Shown piece by piece: positions 37,601 to 49,600 of a DNA stretch of 64,000 nt. The notes under the pieces were generated by a model. It searched no databases, had not been told where the DNA came from, and was given only the letters and a program-made list of their open reading frames with translations. The stretch's first letter is position 1, and each line of letters begins with the position of its first letter. Source of the DNA: Ranitomeya imitator (taxonomy: Eukaryota); NCBI RefSeq assembly GCF_032444005.1, contig NC_091289.1, forward strand, positions 121,024,001-121,088,000, written 5' to 3'. A program made the position numbers and the translations under genes.

Positions 37601-40600
37601 CCATATGGTACGAACCGCCCTGAACGCAGGTTAAGCGACAGGCAAGGGTCAGAGACATCGATGCCCAATGCTGTATCAGTGTGTTCCCTGGATGACAAGT
37701 TGCTGAGTAAAGATGTTGAAGTGAAACTGGACTGTGACTCCTTATTCTTAGAATTGTCTGCAAAGGTACTGACCCGTACCGGGGAAGCCCTGATGGCGTA
37801 GAGAAGCAGCACCGAGGTACTCAGAATGGAAGACGTGTCTGTATGCAGGAGGAGGCCCAGGGAGTGATACAGGGATTGCTGTCGGCCATGGCTACCTCCC
37901 TGGTTCCCTCTTCCTACGCAGCCATTACAACATCTTATGGTATGATAATTAAGATGTCTGGTCTGGCATCTGATAATTTAGGTACCTGGTTTTGGGTCTG
38001 ATAATTCTAAGGTAACATAACATCCTAAACCTATAGAGGTGGCCATACACCTTAAATAGTTCTTTCACCTTACAGCTATTCCTCCTGATTCCCATCTCTG
38101 CATCACACATACCTGTATTCTCAATGGTAAAGGGTAGTAGGCTGCTTACAGTCATTTCTAGTGGCTAATCTCCATTAAAAGCAACACAATTGATCTTGAT
38201 GAATTCTAACAAGCCCCCAAACTGCTGTTGGGGACAAAAGGGATACTCCCATACCAGGTGTGAACACAGACAGAAGAGGGCCCCTGCGGAAGAAGAAGAA
38301 TATATGGGCTCTTTGCAGTATAATAGCTCCTGAAAACGCACAATTACACCTGATTTTGAGATGGCAGTGGCCCCCTTACCTCATGACCTCCTGTCCTCCT
38401 GAGCCCCTGTACATACACATTAGATGGTTGACCACTCGCCCAATGTGTATGGCTACACTTGGCAGCTTAGTTGTAATTTTCAAAACCATAGTTATGGGGA
38501 TAATGGGCACATTCAAATATTTACAATGGGGCCCGGCCTTTTCTAGTTACACCCCTGCTTAGCACAGTTGTGTGCATGAGGCTTTAGAAAAGGGGACTTG
38601 TCATGCTACAAATCATTTCTAAAATCATTTTAAAAAATGTAGAAAAAAATTAACTTTACCTGAAAGTAATGGTGCACTCTGATTGGAGGAAGAGACACAC
38701 TGACCATTATTGGCATCAACAGAAACAGAGAACGGTTGTCCACAGCTAATATTGCTGATTTCGCATTGATTCTCTAGCGTTGTACAGTTGTGATGTTCAG
38801 AGTCGCCCCATGCAGTAGCTGTGAATGTTAGATTTCCGGTGTCCTCCATCCACGTGACAAGTATTGTGTTTTCATAGCAAATTAATTCAGTAGTGACAAT
38901 CTGTGGGATACAGGGAACTGCAAAGACAAAAAAAACCCAAACATTTTATTTTGCTTCGTAACTGGAAGTAAGAAACTGTTCAAGTGATAGGATGGAATGA
39001 GAAGGCTGCTGTAGATCAGCAGTCAGTGATTGTCTGCAGTGGTCATGTGATGCCCCCCCCTCCCCCCACTAGAGGTTGCCTCTAGTAGACAAGCAGTGAA
39101 CATAGTAGTGAGTGTGGAGGAATCACCTAGCAGGTAAGTATAGTTTTTTTTTTCCTTAAAACACCCTGGGCGCATTAAGTATAACCCGTTTAATTTTTAA
39201 CTTTCTTATTGTGCCATTACATTGTGCATATAAAAAATTGGAGGTGTTTCATCTGAGAAAAAAAGGCTTTTTAATGTTTCTATAAAAAGAACACAAAAGG
39301 AACATGTCACGTTTAGTGTTGATCGAATAGTGAAATATTCGGATTCAGGAAAATCGGCACAAATAATTTCTAATATCCGTGTATCCGTACCGAATAACTA
39401 ATCTAATGCAAGTCAGTGGGAAAGACGAATATATTTCTTTAGACCCAACAATCGTGTCTGGGAGCCTGAGAAAAAAGCTTAAATGGATGGGACAGAGCTA
39501 AAACTAAATGGGGACAGCATTGAGAAGATGCCTGCATGCCTTTCTGACTCACATATGGTATCTGGGAATAATTTTGTCAGACTATTGCGTCGGTTTTACA
39601 GGTTTTTAAAAAGACCCACCAAACCAAACATTTTTTTAAAAAGGGAAAAATGCTAAGAAACATTATTTCTTTCATAATTGCATATTACATGTATATAATG
39701 AAAAAAAAAAAATAAAAATAAATTATACCTCCCCTTTAGCAGAGTGCCAGCAGGTGCTGTGAAACCTGAGTTTGGTAAGGGCCCTCAGTTGACCCTGTAT
39801 CATACATTTGGTAGAGCTTTCGGGAAGTCCCTCTCTCATGCCAAATAGATAGCCAGACAGTGGAATACATATTCCCCATCACTTTGCAATGCCAGCTAAG
39901 ACATGCCCATTTGAATTTTGGGCTTTGCCCGCCACCACCACCATATCCACTGCCTTATGCGACCCTCGCTGACAATTAGCAGAGTGCCTGTAGATGCCGT
40001 GAAACCTGCATTTTGTAAGGTCCACAGGTCATTTTTGCCACCGGATCCCAATGGAGCCACTGTCATAGCAGGTGAAGCCTCGGTAAGGTGAATATAATAC
40101 AGGAGTGGATTCTACCAAACACCAAAAGCATTAAAATTAAATTCTGAATACAGTGTATGCAAGCGAGGGCCTATATTGTGGTCAGTTTGTCAGGCCTGAA
40201 ATCCATGTCAGGAACATGTATTAGCCTCATTTTACTTGAAAGCAGCCTCCTCAAGGGAAAGAGCCAGGAGTGCCATTGACCAATCTGCACAAGCCTACGC
40301 ACTTCTTCTGGAAACTACCTAACCAGGCTGAATTTATCTTTTGCATGGTTTTAAGCAACAATGGAATAACTACAGGATATGTCACAGAGAGTGATGAGGT
40401 CTGTGGCGTGTATTACTCAGGTGACAAGCAGTGCTACACAGCTGAGGTAAAGGCCGTAGCGTGGCAATAACCATGTTCAAATATGTGTAAGGCTGCAGCC
40501 TGAATAGGTCTGTGGAGTGTATTAACCCAGTCTCTTAGACGTGCTTAAAATGTACAGAAACTGGCCAATAACCCACCAACATTTTTTTGTAAGGACCCAA

Positions 40601-43600
40601 ATGTAGAAAATGTAAGGGAAGCGACAGTTTAATAGAGACAAAAGTCTCATTTAGAAGCTTGGAAAAGTCAGCAATGGTCTTTGTCCAACACCGGAAAATG
40701 TAAATTGTTAACGAATATGTATACCCTATCTAACTTACAATTTGTGAACAGACATATATGATGACAAGGGACAACTGAACGCTGCGCTGGGACAACGAAC
40801 TGGATGTGGTTGCTTATTATTGTGTGTGCAGCCATGGGTTGTGGGCAGGAGGCATCAGCAGATTGGGACGGCCGTAACACAGGGGAAGGCACAGTGGTTT
40901 CACCCTCAGACACAGATTTGGTACCCAGGTGTTCCGCCCACCTACTGAGGTGCTTGGCTGCCATGTGCTTTTGCATGCTGGTGGTGCTCAGGTTGGCAGT
41001 GTCCTTGCCTCTTCTTAGCTTGGTTTGGCAGATGCTGCAAATTACAGTTGTTTCACCCTCAGACACAGATTTAGTACCCAGGTGTTCCGCCCACCTACTG
41101 AGGTGCTTGGCTGCCATGTGCTTTTGCATGCTGGTGGTGCTCAGGTTGGCAGTGTCCTTGCCTCTTCTTAGCTTGGTTTGGCAGATGCTGCAAATTACAG
41201 TTGTTTTATCTGAAGGACTTTAAGGAAAAAACTGCCATACAGGGGATCAACGCACCCTTGGCCTGTTTTCTAGCCAAGTAGGGGAGCTCTGTGGAACAGT
41301 TGACCGAGTTCTACCTCTGGGCAAACCACTACCTCTTCTTGCCTGTTTTCTTGCTACAGATCCATCCCTCTCTGCACTGCTGTGCTTGCTAGTCATGCCA
41401 CCATGCCAGGTTGGATCAGTGGTCTCATCATCGACCAACAGAGGTGTCCACATTCACCCAGGCATACAGACATTGGCCTTCGGTAAGTGTTCACATTTGG
41501 ACAGGGGGGTTAGGGACCCATCAGTTATGAGACCACCTTGACAACGGTTGATGGGCTCACACTATTTGATTATATCAAATTCTGTGCAAAGCGTCTCTTA
41601 AATATTTTCCTAATGTTCAAAAGCCATTTTGCTATTCATATTTCATATATTTCAGATTAGACATGCTTTTGCACAATAGAGTGCAACCTTTTTTGTATAT
41701 TTATGTATGGAGGTAGCTGCTCCTGGTATGCACCTACCTATTCACACTAGTTTGGATGTGCGAGTCTTTTTTTTTGTCATCTCATCATCGACCAAGTCGG
41801 CTTCCAATTCCTCAATCTGATCCTCCCTCTGAGTTGCGATTTGAGGCTGACCTCATGGCAACTGTGCCTCATGATTATTCTTCACCTCTTCAGACATCAA
41901 TTGACCTTCCCCAATGTGGCTTTCTCCTGGCAGTGGGTGCTCAAATGTTTGAGCATCACAGGACTCCACCTCCTCATGACCTTATTTAATGGTGCATGTT
42001 GAGAGGCCTGATAAATTACAAGGGAACGTAAACAGTTCCTCAGAGTGGCCAGCGTTGGGATCATATGTCTCCTGGGACTCTTGATGATGGGAGGAAGAAG
42101 GACCAGGTTGAGGATTCAAAGGCTCAGCCTCTTGGCTACTGAGACTGGACCGTTTGGAATACTTTGTGGTGCTGCTTGTCAACACATTGGAGCCTTTGTC
42201 TGCCATCCAACTCACAACATACTCAAACTTGTCTGAGTTCGTTAGTGGTGTAGCACGATGACCAAATTTTGACAGGAAACTAGAACGAGGTACAGTAACC
42301 TTTGGATCTGTCACACAGCCTTGGTGGGCACCACCACATCCACATCCCTTAATGTCACCCTTTCACATCTTGAATGCGTTATGCTTATGAAACCAAAAAA
42401 TACTGGCTTTATTTTTCACAAACACTTCAAATGCAGAGTAAGATTATTGCCCCTGCTAAATTGTCACGTACAATTATCTGTACCTGTATTGCTCCAGTCG
42501 CACAACTGGTAGATAAATATATGCTATTTTTTTAGAACAATAGAAAACTAAGATTGTTTTTCAGTCAGCTTACTATAACCCTGCAAATGGGAAGTAATGA
42601 AGATTATTTCCCCTGGTAAATTGTCACATTCGATTATATGTATCCGTATTGCGCCAATCACACAACTGGTAGATAAAGATAGACTATTTTTTAGAACAAT
42701 AGAAAACTAAGATTTTTTTTTCAATCGGCTTACTATAACAATGCAAATGCGGAGTAATGAAGATTATTACTCCTGCTAAATGTAACTGCAATGACTAGAA
42801 CAGCTAGGTGCCTGCTTTCCACCCATCCCCCCTGCTATTAAATCTCTCACTACTAAATCCCCACCTAACAAACAAAAAAAAGTAATCTTGACAGTCATCA
42901 ACTCTTAAAAGAGCTTTTTGGAATGAATAAACGCTCAGTATAAACTCCTATGGGCTCTTTTCCATTTGCGAGAAACACGTCCGTGTCTCGCATGTGAAAA
43001 CCAAGCTCTGGCGCCGGCACTCCAGAGTGGAGAGTGTGGTTGCATAGCAATACATGGAGCTGCACGCTCTGCTCCCAAGTGCCAGCGCCAGAGCTTGGTT
43101 TTAACATGCGAGACTCGCACGTATTTCTCGCAAGTGAAAAGGAGCCCTATCACTCTCCCTACACTACTTTCACTTTCCCTGCGCTCAAACTACGCTCTCC
43201 CTATGCGTTTTCTGGCTGCAAATAAAGCACCAAAGTTGCTGGGCGGGTCACTCGAATATACCGAGGCGAACACCAAATTACTCGCCAAGTAACGAATAGC
43301 CCTAATACCGTACTATTCGTGCGAGTAACATAGTGCTGAATGTATTCGCTCATCACTAGTCACGTTGTAAGTACAGTCCAAGCTATGGGCAGCATGGTAT
43401 AGGGAAGAGAAACTAAGATTTAGAGATTGTATTTTATTCATTGAAATCCGTGGTGTTTGTACGCACAAGTCAAGTGGGCGCTCGTACCAGGCATTGACCA
43501 CGCTCTCTGCATGCACGGTCATATCAGCACAACAGGGATTTCAATGAATAAAATACAAGTTTTAATGAAACTTCTCCAACAAAACTATATATTAATCTGA

Positions 43601-46600
43601 CCAGCTCCTCCGGTTCTATAACATCCTGCCTGCAGGTCAGATACCATGTTCGTTATGACATAAATTGACTAAGTTTTTTTTTCTAAGAAAAACTCCTGCA
43701 TTCATCTTAATTGTTCGATTTGCATATCCTAGTTAACGCGCTGTTTCATAAAGACGATCCCTACCTCAATTATGGCATAAAATATCCAAAGTGAGGGAAC
43801 CCCCATCTATAAGACAGGATGGGTGCTGGTAACAAAGAGCAGCTGTCATGCAGGCAGATATGGTAAATCCTGTCACAGTTTGACCAGAGGGATAACAACT
43901 GTTTATGGTGGGTTTCTGGAGGTGGACTCATCGCCAGGCAAAGAAATTTTAATAAATGAGTGACTAATCAAGACTACAAGTTAGGCCTCGTCCAGACGTC
44001 AGCAATTTTTCTTGTCCGTAAACATAAAAACAGTCTGACTTTCATATGCGGTTTTGATTTTTTGATCCGATTTTCATCAGTGTGTTTCTCTCATAAAAAA
44101 AATAAGCAAATAAATTGTGAAGCTTCTCCTACCCATTACAGCGATAAAAACGGAAAGCACACGGACTGCACACAAATGACAGAGATTACTGTCTGTCAGC
44201 CATTTCTTAAGGACTCACGGATTTGTATTGGCAATTTTGACACTCAGATAACAAAACAACTGCAGACATGTGGACATCTGCATAGAATATAATAAGCACA
44301 TGTTATATCCATGAAAGAGATGGATAGAATATGTACGGGAAAACCAGACGTCTGAACGAGGCCTTATCCAGACTCCCCTTTAACTTGTTTATATTTGTAA
44401 TACTTACAACGGTTGTCAGCAATGAACGCTCACCTGCTTTGACCTCCACAGTCGGCCTGTAGGGGCTCATGCACTGGAAGTTGTCGGCAATCACATATAC
44501 TGTATAGGTCTGGCTGCACGCCAATGCAGATAAATTACAGCTTTGATCAAAGGATTCACAGGAATATTCTGAGCCATCACTTGCTTTCGCATACGCAATG
44601 TAACGAACGGCCCCTTCACTGTACTCCCATTGAACGAGCGTAGATTGGGTTTGGCAATCAGTCAGGGCTGAAATTTTCTCTGGTGCACAGGGAACTGTAA
44701 GGCAAACACGCAAGAATGATGTTGTCCATGATACTCCATTTTTTAGGACTTGGTTGACTTAAATTGTCCTCACTATAAAATATATATTGAAGAGATACAT
44801 CATATAAGGAATAGGTGTCAGGTCTACAGCCAGGAGGTGACACTACATTGTTGCCATCTGCTGAACCTGAGTATGAGTTGCCGGCATAGATATTTCCCAC
44901 CCTTGTTTCCTGAATGGCTCTCCTTACCAGAATTAGGCTGGTTTCACACACACAGGGTTTTATTGAAAAATACCACTGCGGTTATTTATATAGTTTTTTT
45001 GAGTCAAAGACCGGAATAGATCCGGTAAGGAGAAGCATAAGGCTGTGCGTACCCAATGTGTTTTTTTCCGTGATTTTCTAAACTAAAGCAGTACATTTTT
45101 TTGCGTTTTTAACCACATTTCCAGAAAATAGTAGCAAAAACTGAAAAAGGCATTACACACTCATGGGTTTTTTTTCTTTATTGAATCCATTTCTGTTTTA
45201 GGCCCAAAAATGCATGAAAAACTGCCACAATTTTTTTTTTATTTTCCAGAGACATGAACCTTTTCATTTGGTGCTAATTTTTATGGTCTTTTCCAAGGGA
45301 GTGTAGCTCACAGGGTAATGCAGACAATCCTAAAGACATGCCCCCTTGTAAAGACCAGAAAAACAGCACTAAATAAAAAAGGACCATATCTCTGGAACCG
45401 TATGGTTTATTTTAATAATAAAAAAAAACCCACAGAATAATTAGGGGAGAAGTGGGAATAAAATAAGAGTAAAAAAAAAATCTGTATTTTGACCTCGTGG
45501 AAGGTTTACTATAAACCCCCAGAAGTAGAAAAAAATAAAGTGCGAGCACTTACAGCACCTGTAATTTGTGAATCAGAAGAAGGAAAGTGCTGACGGCCAT
45601 CTCCTCCCTTTTCTCTATTGACACAATACAGGCACTGGAGATTGAGCCAAGGTTTCCAACCTTTCCGAAATTTGATGTATCTTTAATTTTTTTTTAGTCA
45701 GAGGAGTTTATACAGATTATTAGGATTGGAGTTATCATCATTCAGTGGAGTACCACGAATACTGGCATGCCACACGACTGCTATACGGCCTGTAAGTTTG
45801 AGCTCAGAGTCTCAGCAGAGTGGGCACATTGACTTCACTACATCAGATGAGTAGTTTTCTCTTTTTTTAATGATTAGAATGGGGCTATTATGTTGTGTTT
45901 AGTCTACATACTGTTGGACCAACACACTGTGTGTAAGGGGATATGGGACCATCATAAAGCGTGGGGAGCTTTGGGGGCATTAGCTCTATGTAGGGGGACT
46001 ATCGGGATGACCAAACTGTGTGTGGGGTTGTATGGGGGCATTATACTGTTTGGAGGCCTGTATGGAGGCCATTATATTATGTGGGAACCTATGTTACTGG
46101 GTGGAGGGTTGTGTGGGGACCATTACATTGTGTGGAGGGCTATGTGGGGCAATTATACTGTGTGGAGGGCTGTATGGACGCACCCTATACTACATAGATG
46201 ACAATGTTAGGGTTGTTATACATTGAGGAGGACTATCATCCTGTGTTGTGGGACTGTGGGCACCTCATAATGTGTGTGGGGGAGCTGAGGGACATCTGTG
46301 TTTGGATCACTATGGGAGCATCATACTGTGTTGGGCTCATTGTGAGATAATCTTAATGTGCATGTGGAGAGTACTGTGGAGGAATTCACTATGTGGGTAT
46401 CATACCGTGTTTAGAAGGCATTTTTGTTGGTATAATACTTTATGGGGGCATGAAAAGGTTATCACAGTGGGTGAAAATACTAAGGGGCTTCAACAGGGTA
46501 AAAATCATGAGTACGACTGCCTAGTGCAGTCGAAACACATCGACTGGGTCATGTAGACCATGTAAATTTTTCTTTTGTATGCACTATATTTTCTTTTGAA

Positions 46601-49600
46601 AAATAAAATGAAAAGGAAAATCCAGTCCTGTTTAGACGGACTCCAATTTTTTCTATTTTCCTTGATGTGAGGCCAGGGCAAGGCCGATGTCTGAGCCCCA
46701 GGTGGATGAGCATAGAGCAACTGGGTGAGCTGGAATCAAGTTTTTATAAGGGTAAAAAAATCACTTTGCAAGTACCGCCATACATGTCTCTCTGTCTTTA
46801 AAGTTGTCAGATACACCTACTGTGACTGTGCTTATGCAGCATGTGCAACATGATCCTGTCGCTAAATATTTTTTCTTTTCTTTGAAGAGTGGGGTGTGGT
46901 GGTGGGGTTAGGGAATTAGGACTTCTTTTCTGCCATCAGGCCCCATGATTCATATGTATGCCTCTATCATCATTATATAATTACCAGTGAAATTTCAAGT
47001 TTACACCAGTGCTATGAGCTTTATCTATATGACTCTTCATCTTCGTCATTTATTATCTCATTTTAGGATTAAATGTCCAGAAAAAAAAGGAGACCGCTCT
47101 GGATAGGGTCCATATTCTGTTGATATTGTTAAAAAGTGCAAAATCGAGAACCTACACTTCTTTCAGCTGCTCACCCTACAACTCACTTAACTCAAAGAAG
47201 AGATAGGGGAATAGGGTTACATTATTTTTTTTATTTTGCTTACTTATAATTACTATACATATACCCTTATTACTTTTCTGAGTATTTGCCACTTTTCTAT
47301 GCAGGCATATTAACTGGTTTAGTTCATGTGAGCATCTCCCAATATCTATTTTTTTGTCTGAATCCACCAAATTCTTTCGGCTTTGGCCAATATTGAAATA
47401 CCTGTCACTACCGCCTCCGGAGCACTACTCATACTGTGGCAATCTTCATCATAGGCAATCACTGTCACGGACAGACTTTCTCCACATTGTAGCCCTTTGA
47501 TCTGACAGCTGGTATTAACTGAGGAACAGTTGTAGGAAATGTCACTGCTTCCTAAGGCTGATGCTGTATAGAAGTCTGCCCCAAGCGATGGTCTCCATGA
47601 CACCTCCACCGTATTGTCTGAGCACTGAGCAATGGCCACAACATTCTGCGGGTCACAAGGCGCTGAATTGTAAAGAGATAAATAATGTGTGAGTGTGAAC
47701 CATGCAAAGGTAATATTATACATATCGTCTACATCAGGGGTGTCAAACTGCATTCCTTGAGGGCTGCAAACAGGTCATGTTTTCAGGATTTCCTTGTACT
47801 GCACAGGTGATAATTTAATCACCACCTCATTTGTGTAGGTGATTAAATTATCACCCGTGCAGTACAAGGAAATCCTGAAAGCATGACCTGTTTGCAGCCC
47901 TCGAGGAATGCAGTTTGACATCCCTGGTCTACATTATAAGTGGACTGAAGAGTTCTGAGGCCCTTCTACTCACCTGTCCTTACTTTAATCCCTTGGCTCT
48001 TAGAACCATTAACTTTGCCATTGAAAGCAAATACACTCAGTTCGTACTCTGTCCCGCACAGCAGGTTCATGAAGAAGCAGTTGTTATCCCTGTTCACACA
48101 TTCTTCCTTGCTGCCATCTGGAGCCAAGGCATTTGCGGTGTACCTATTGGCATTAATTACAGGATTCCAGTAAAGGCTGACAGTGTTAATCTGGCAATCA
48201 CGGATTACTGTCACATTCTGTGGAGCACACGGAGCTATAAATTAAAAAAAAATCTCCAGTTACACATAGAGTAGTATCTAACAAGAGCTCAACTCTTTAT
48301 ATAAGAAATCTATATAGATCAGGGGGTTTACTGATATTACGGGAAATAACAATCTGCAAATTTTTGTTTAATTCTTTAATGTCATCATTCATTTACATAT
48401 CAGTAACATGTCTATCCATCGTGTGATTTCCACAATTTCTTGGCTTTTCCTTCTTGGTACTGGAATTTCATTGTTGACGAATGTGCAACAAAAAATATAG
48501 AGGTAATGTCCCCTTTAGATAGGTTGATCCTGGCCATTAAACGAGCTCCAATCAGCAAAATGCAAGCTAATCAATGCTCATTTACTGGCCAATGAGTCAA
48601 TGTGCACCGAATAATCTATGATAGTTTGTCTGATTGACTAAATACTACTTTTTGCTGTAAAGTGCTGTAAACATCTTCTAACATTTTAGCTTATATATGA
48701 CGTATGCCACTGTATGGCATCTGTCGAAAGTGTATGTTGAAAAATATTCCTGATAAAGACCTCTGGTTAAAACCTGAGATGCAGTCTGCACAAAGTTTAA
48801 AGCCCTCATTCATCTTAAATTGCTGTCAGCTGAAACATCATCTGGCCGACAACTATCTCACCTAACTCTCCCATACACAGGAATGGTTGCTCTGCCGAGC
48901 GCTCTTGTGTTCTCTATGACAGTTCTGGGGTCCTGGGTTCAAATCCCACCAAGGACTATATCTGCAAGAGTTTGTATGTTCTCCCCGTGTTTGCGTGGGT
49001 TTCCTCCTGGTTCTCTGGTTTCCTCCCACATTCCAAAGACATACTGATAGGGAATTTAGATTGTGAGCCCCATCGGGGACAGCGATGATAATGTGTGCAA
49101 ATTGTAAAGCGCTGCGGAATATGTTAGCGCTATATAAAAATAAAGATTATAATTACGGTATTATTATTATATGGCAGAGAATTGTATCGGGGGGAACAAA
49201 AGGATTGACAGTCGAAAGAAGGCATGCCTCTTGTGTACAAATTTCTCAACGCCATGTCTGCCATGTGCTGTGCCCATCCTTACATTAGATGCAGTACCTG
49301 ACACCCATGGATCATTCCTTTGCAAGTTTATAAAGGTATTGGCATCCCAAGGACACAAATACAACCGAAAGTCAAAACTGAAGCCCAAGATCCCAAAACA
49401 CCAGGCAAAAGTCTCAAGTAACATGCCCCCGCTGCTAAATACATTATAATATATTAATAAATTCCAGATTTCATGCAATCAACATCTCCGATAGTGAAAT
49501 TACCTGTTTCCAGAGTCAACGTTTCACTGCTATTGCTGATGCAGCCATTAATGAGAGCTATGATGCTCACGTTATATGTCTGTTCACACTGCAGGTTCTG

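Noticed and set aside
44658-44951. Minus-strand ORF (…GNIYAGNSYSGSADGNNVVSPPGC…) as an extra host exon
   Set aside because: No FN3 motif and no suitable acceptor/donor pair; the nearby GTAAG follows a MITE end.
45860-46480. Gly/Cys-rich ORFs (CGGLYG repeats)
   Set aside because: Degenerate tandem repeat (ccattatactgtgtggagggct-type units), probably the interior of a DNA transposon; not credible as coding.
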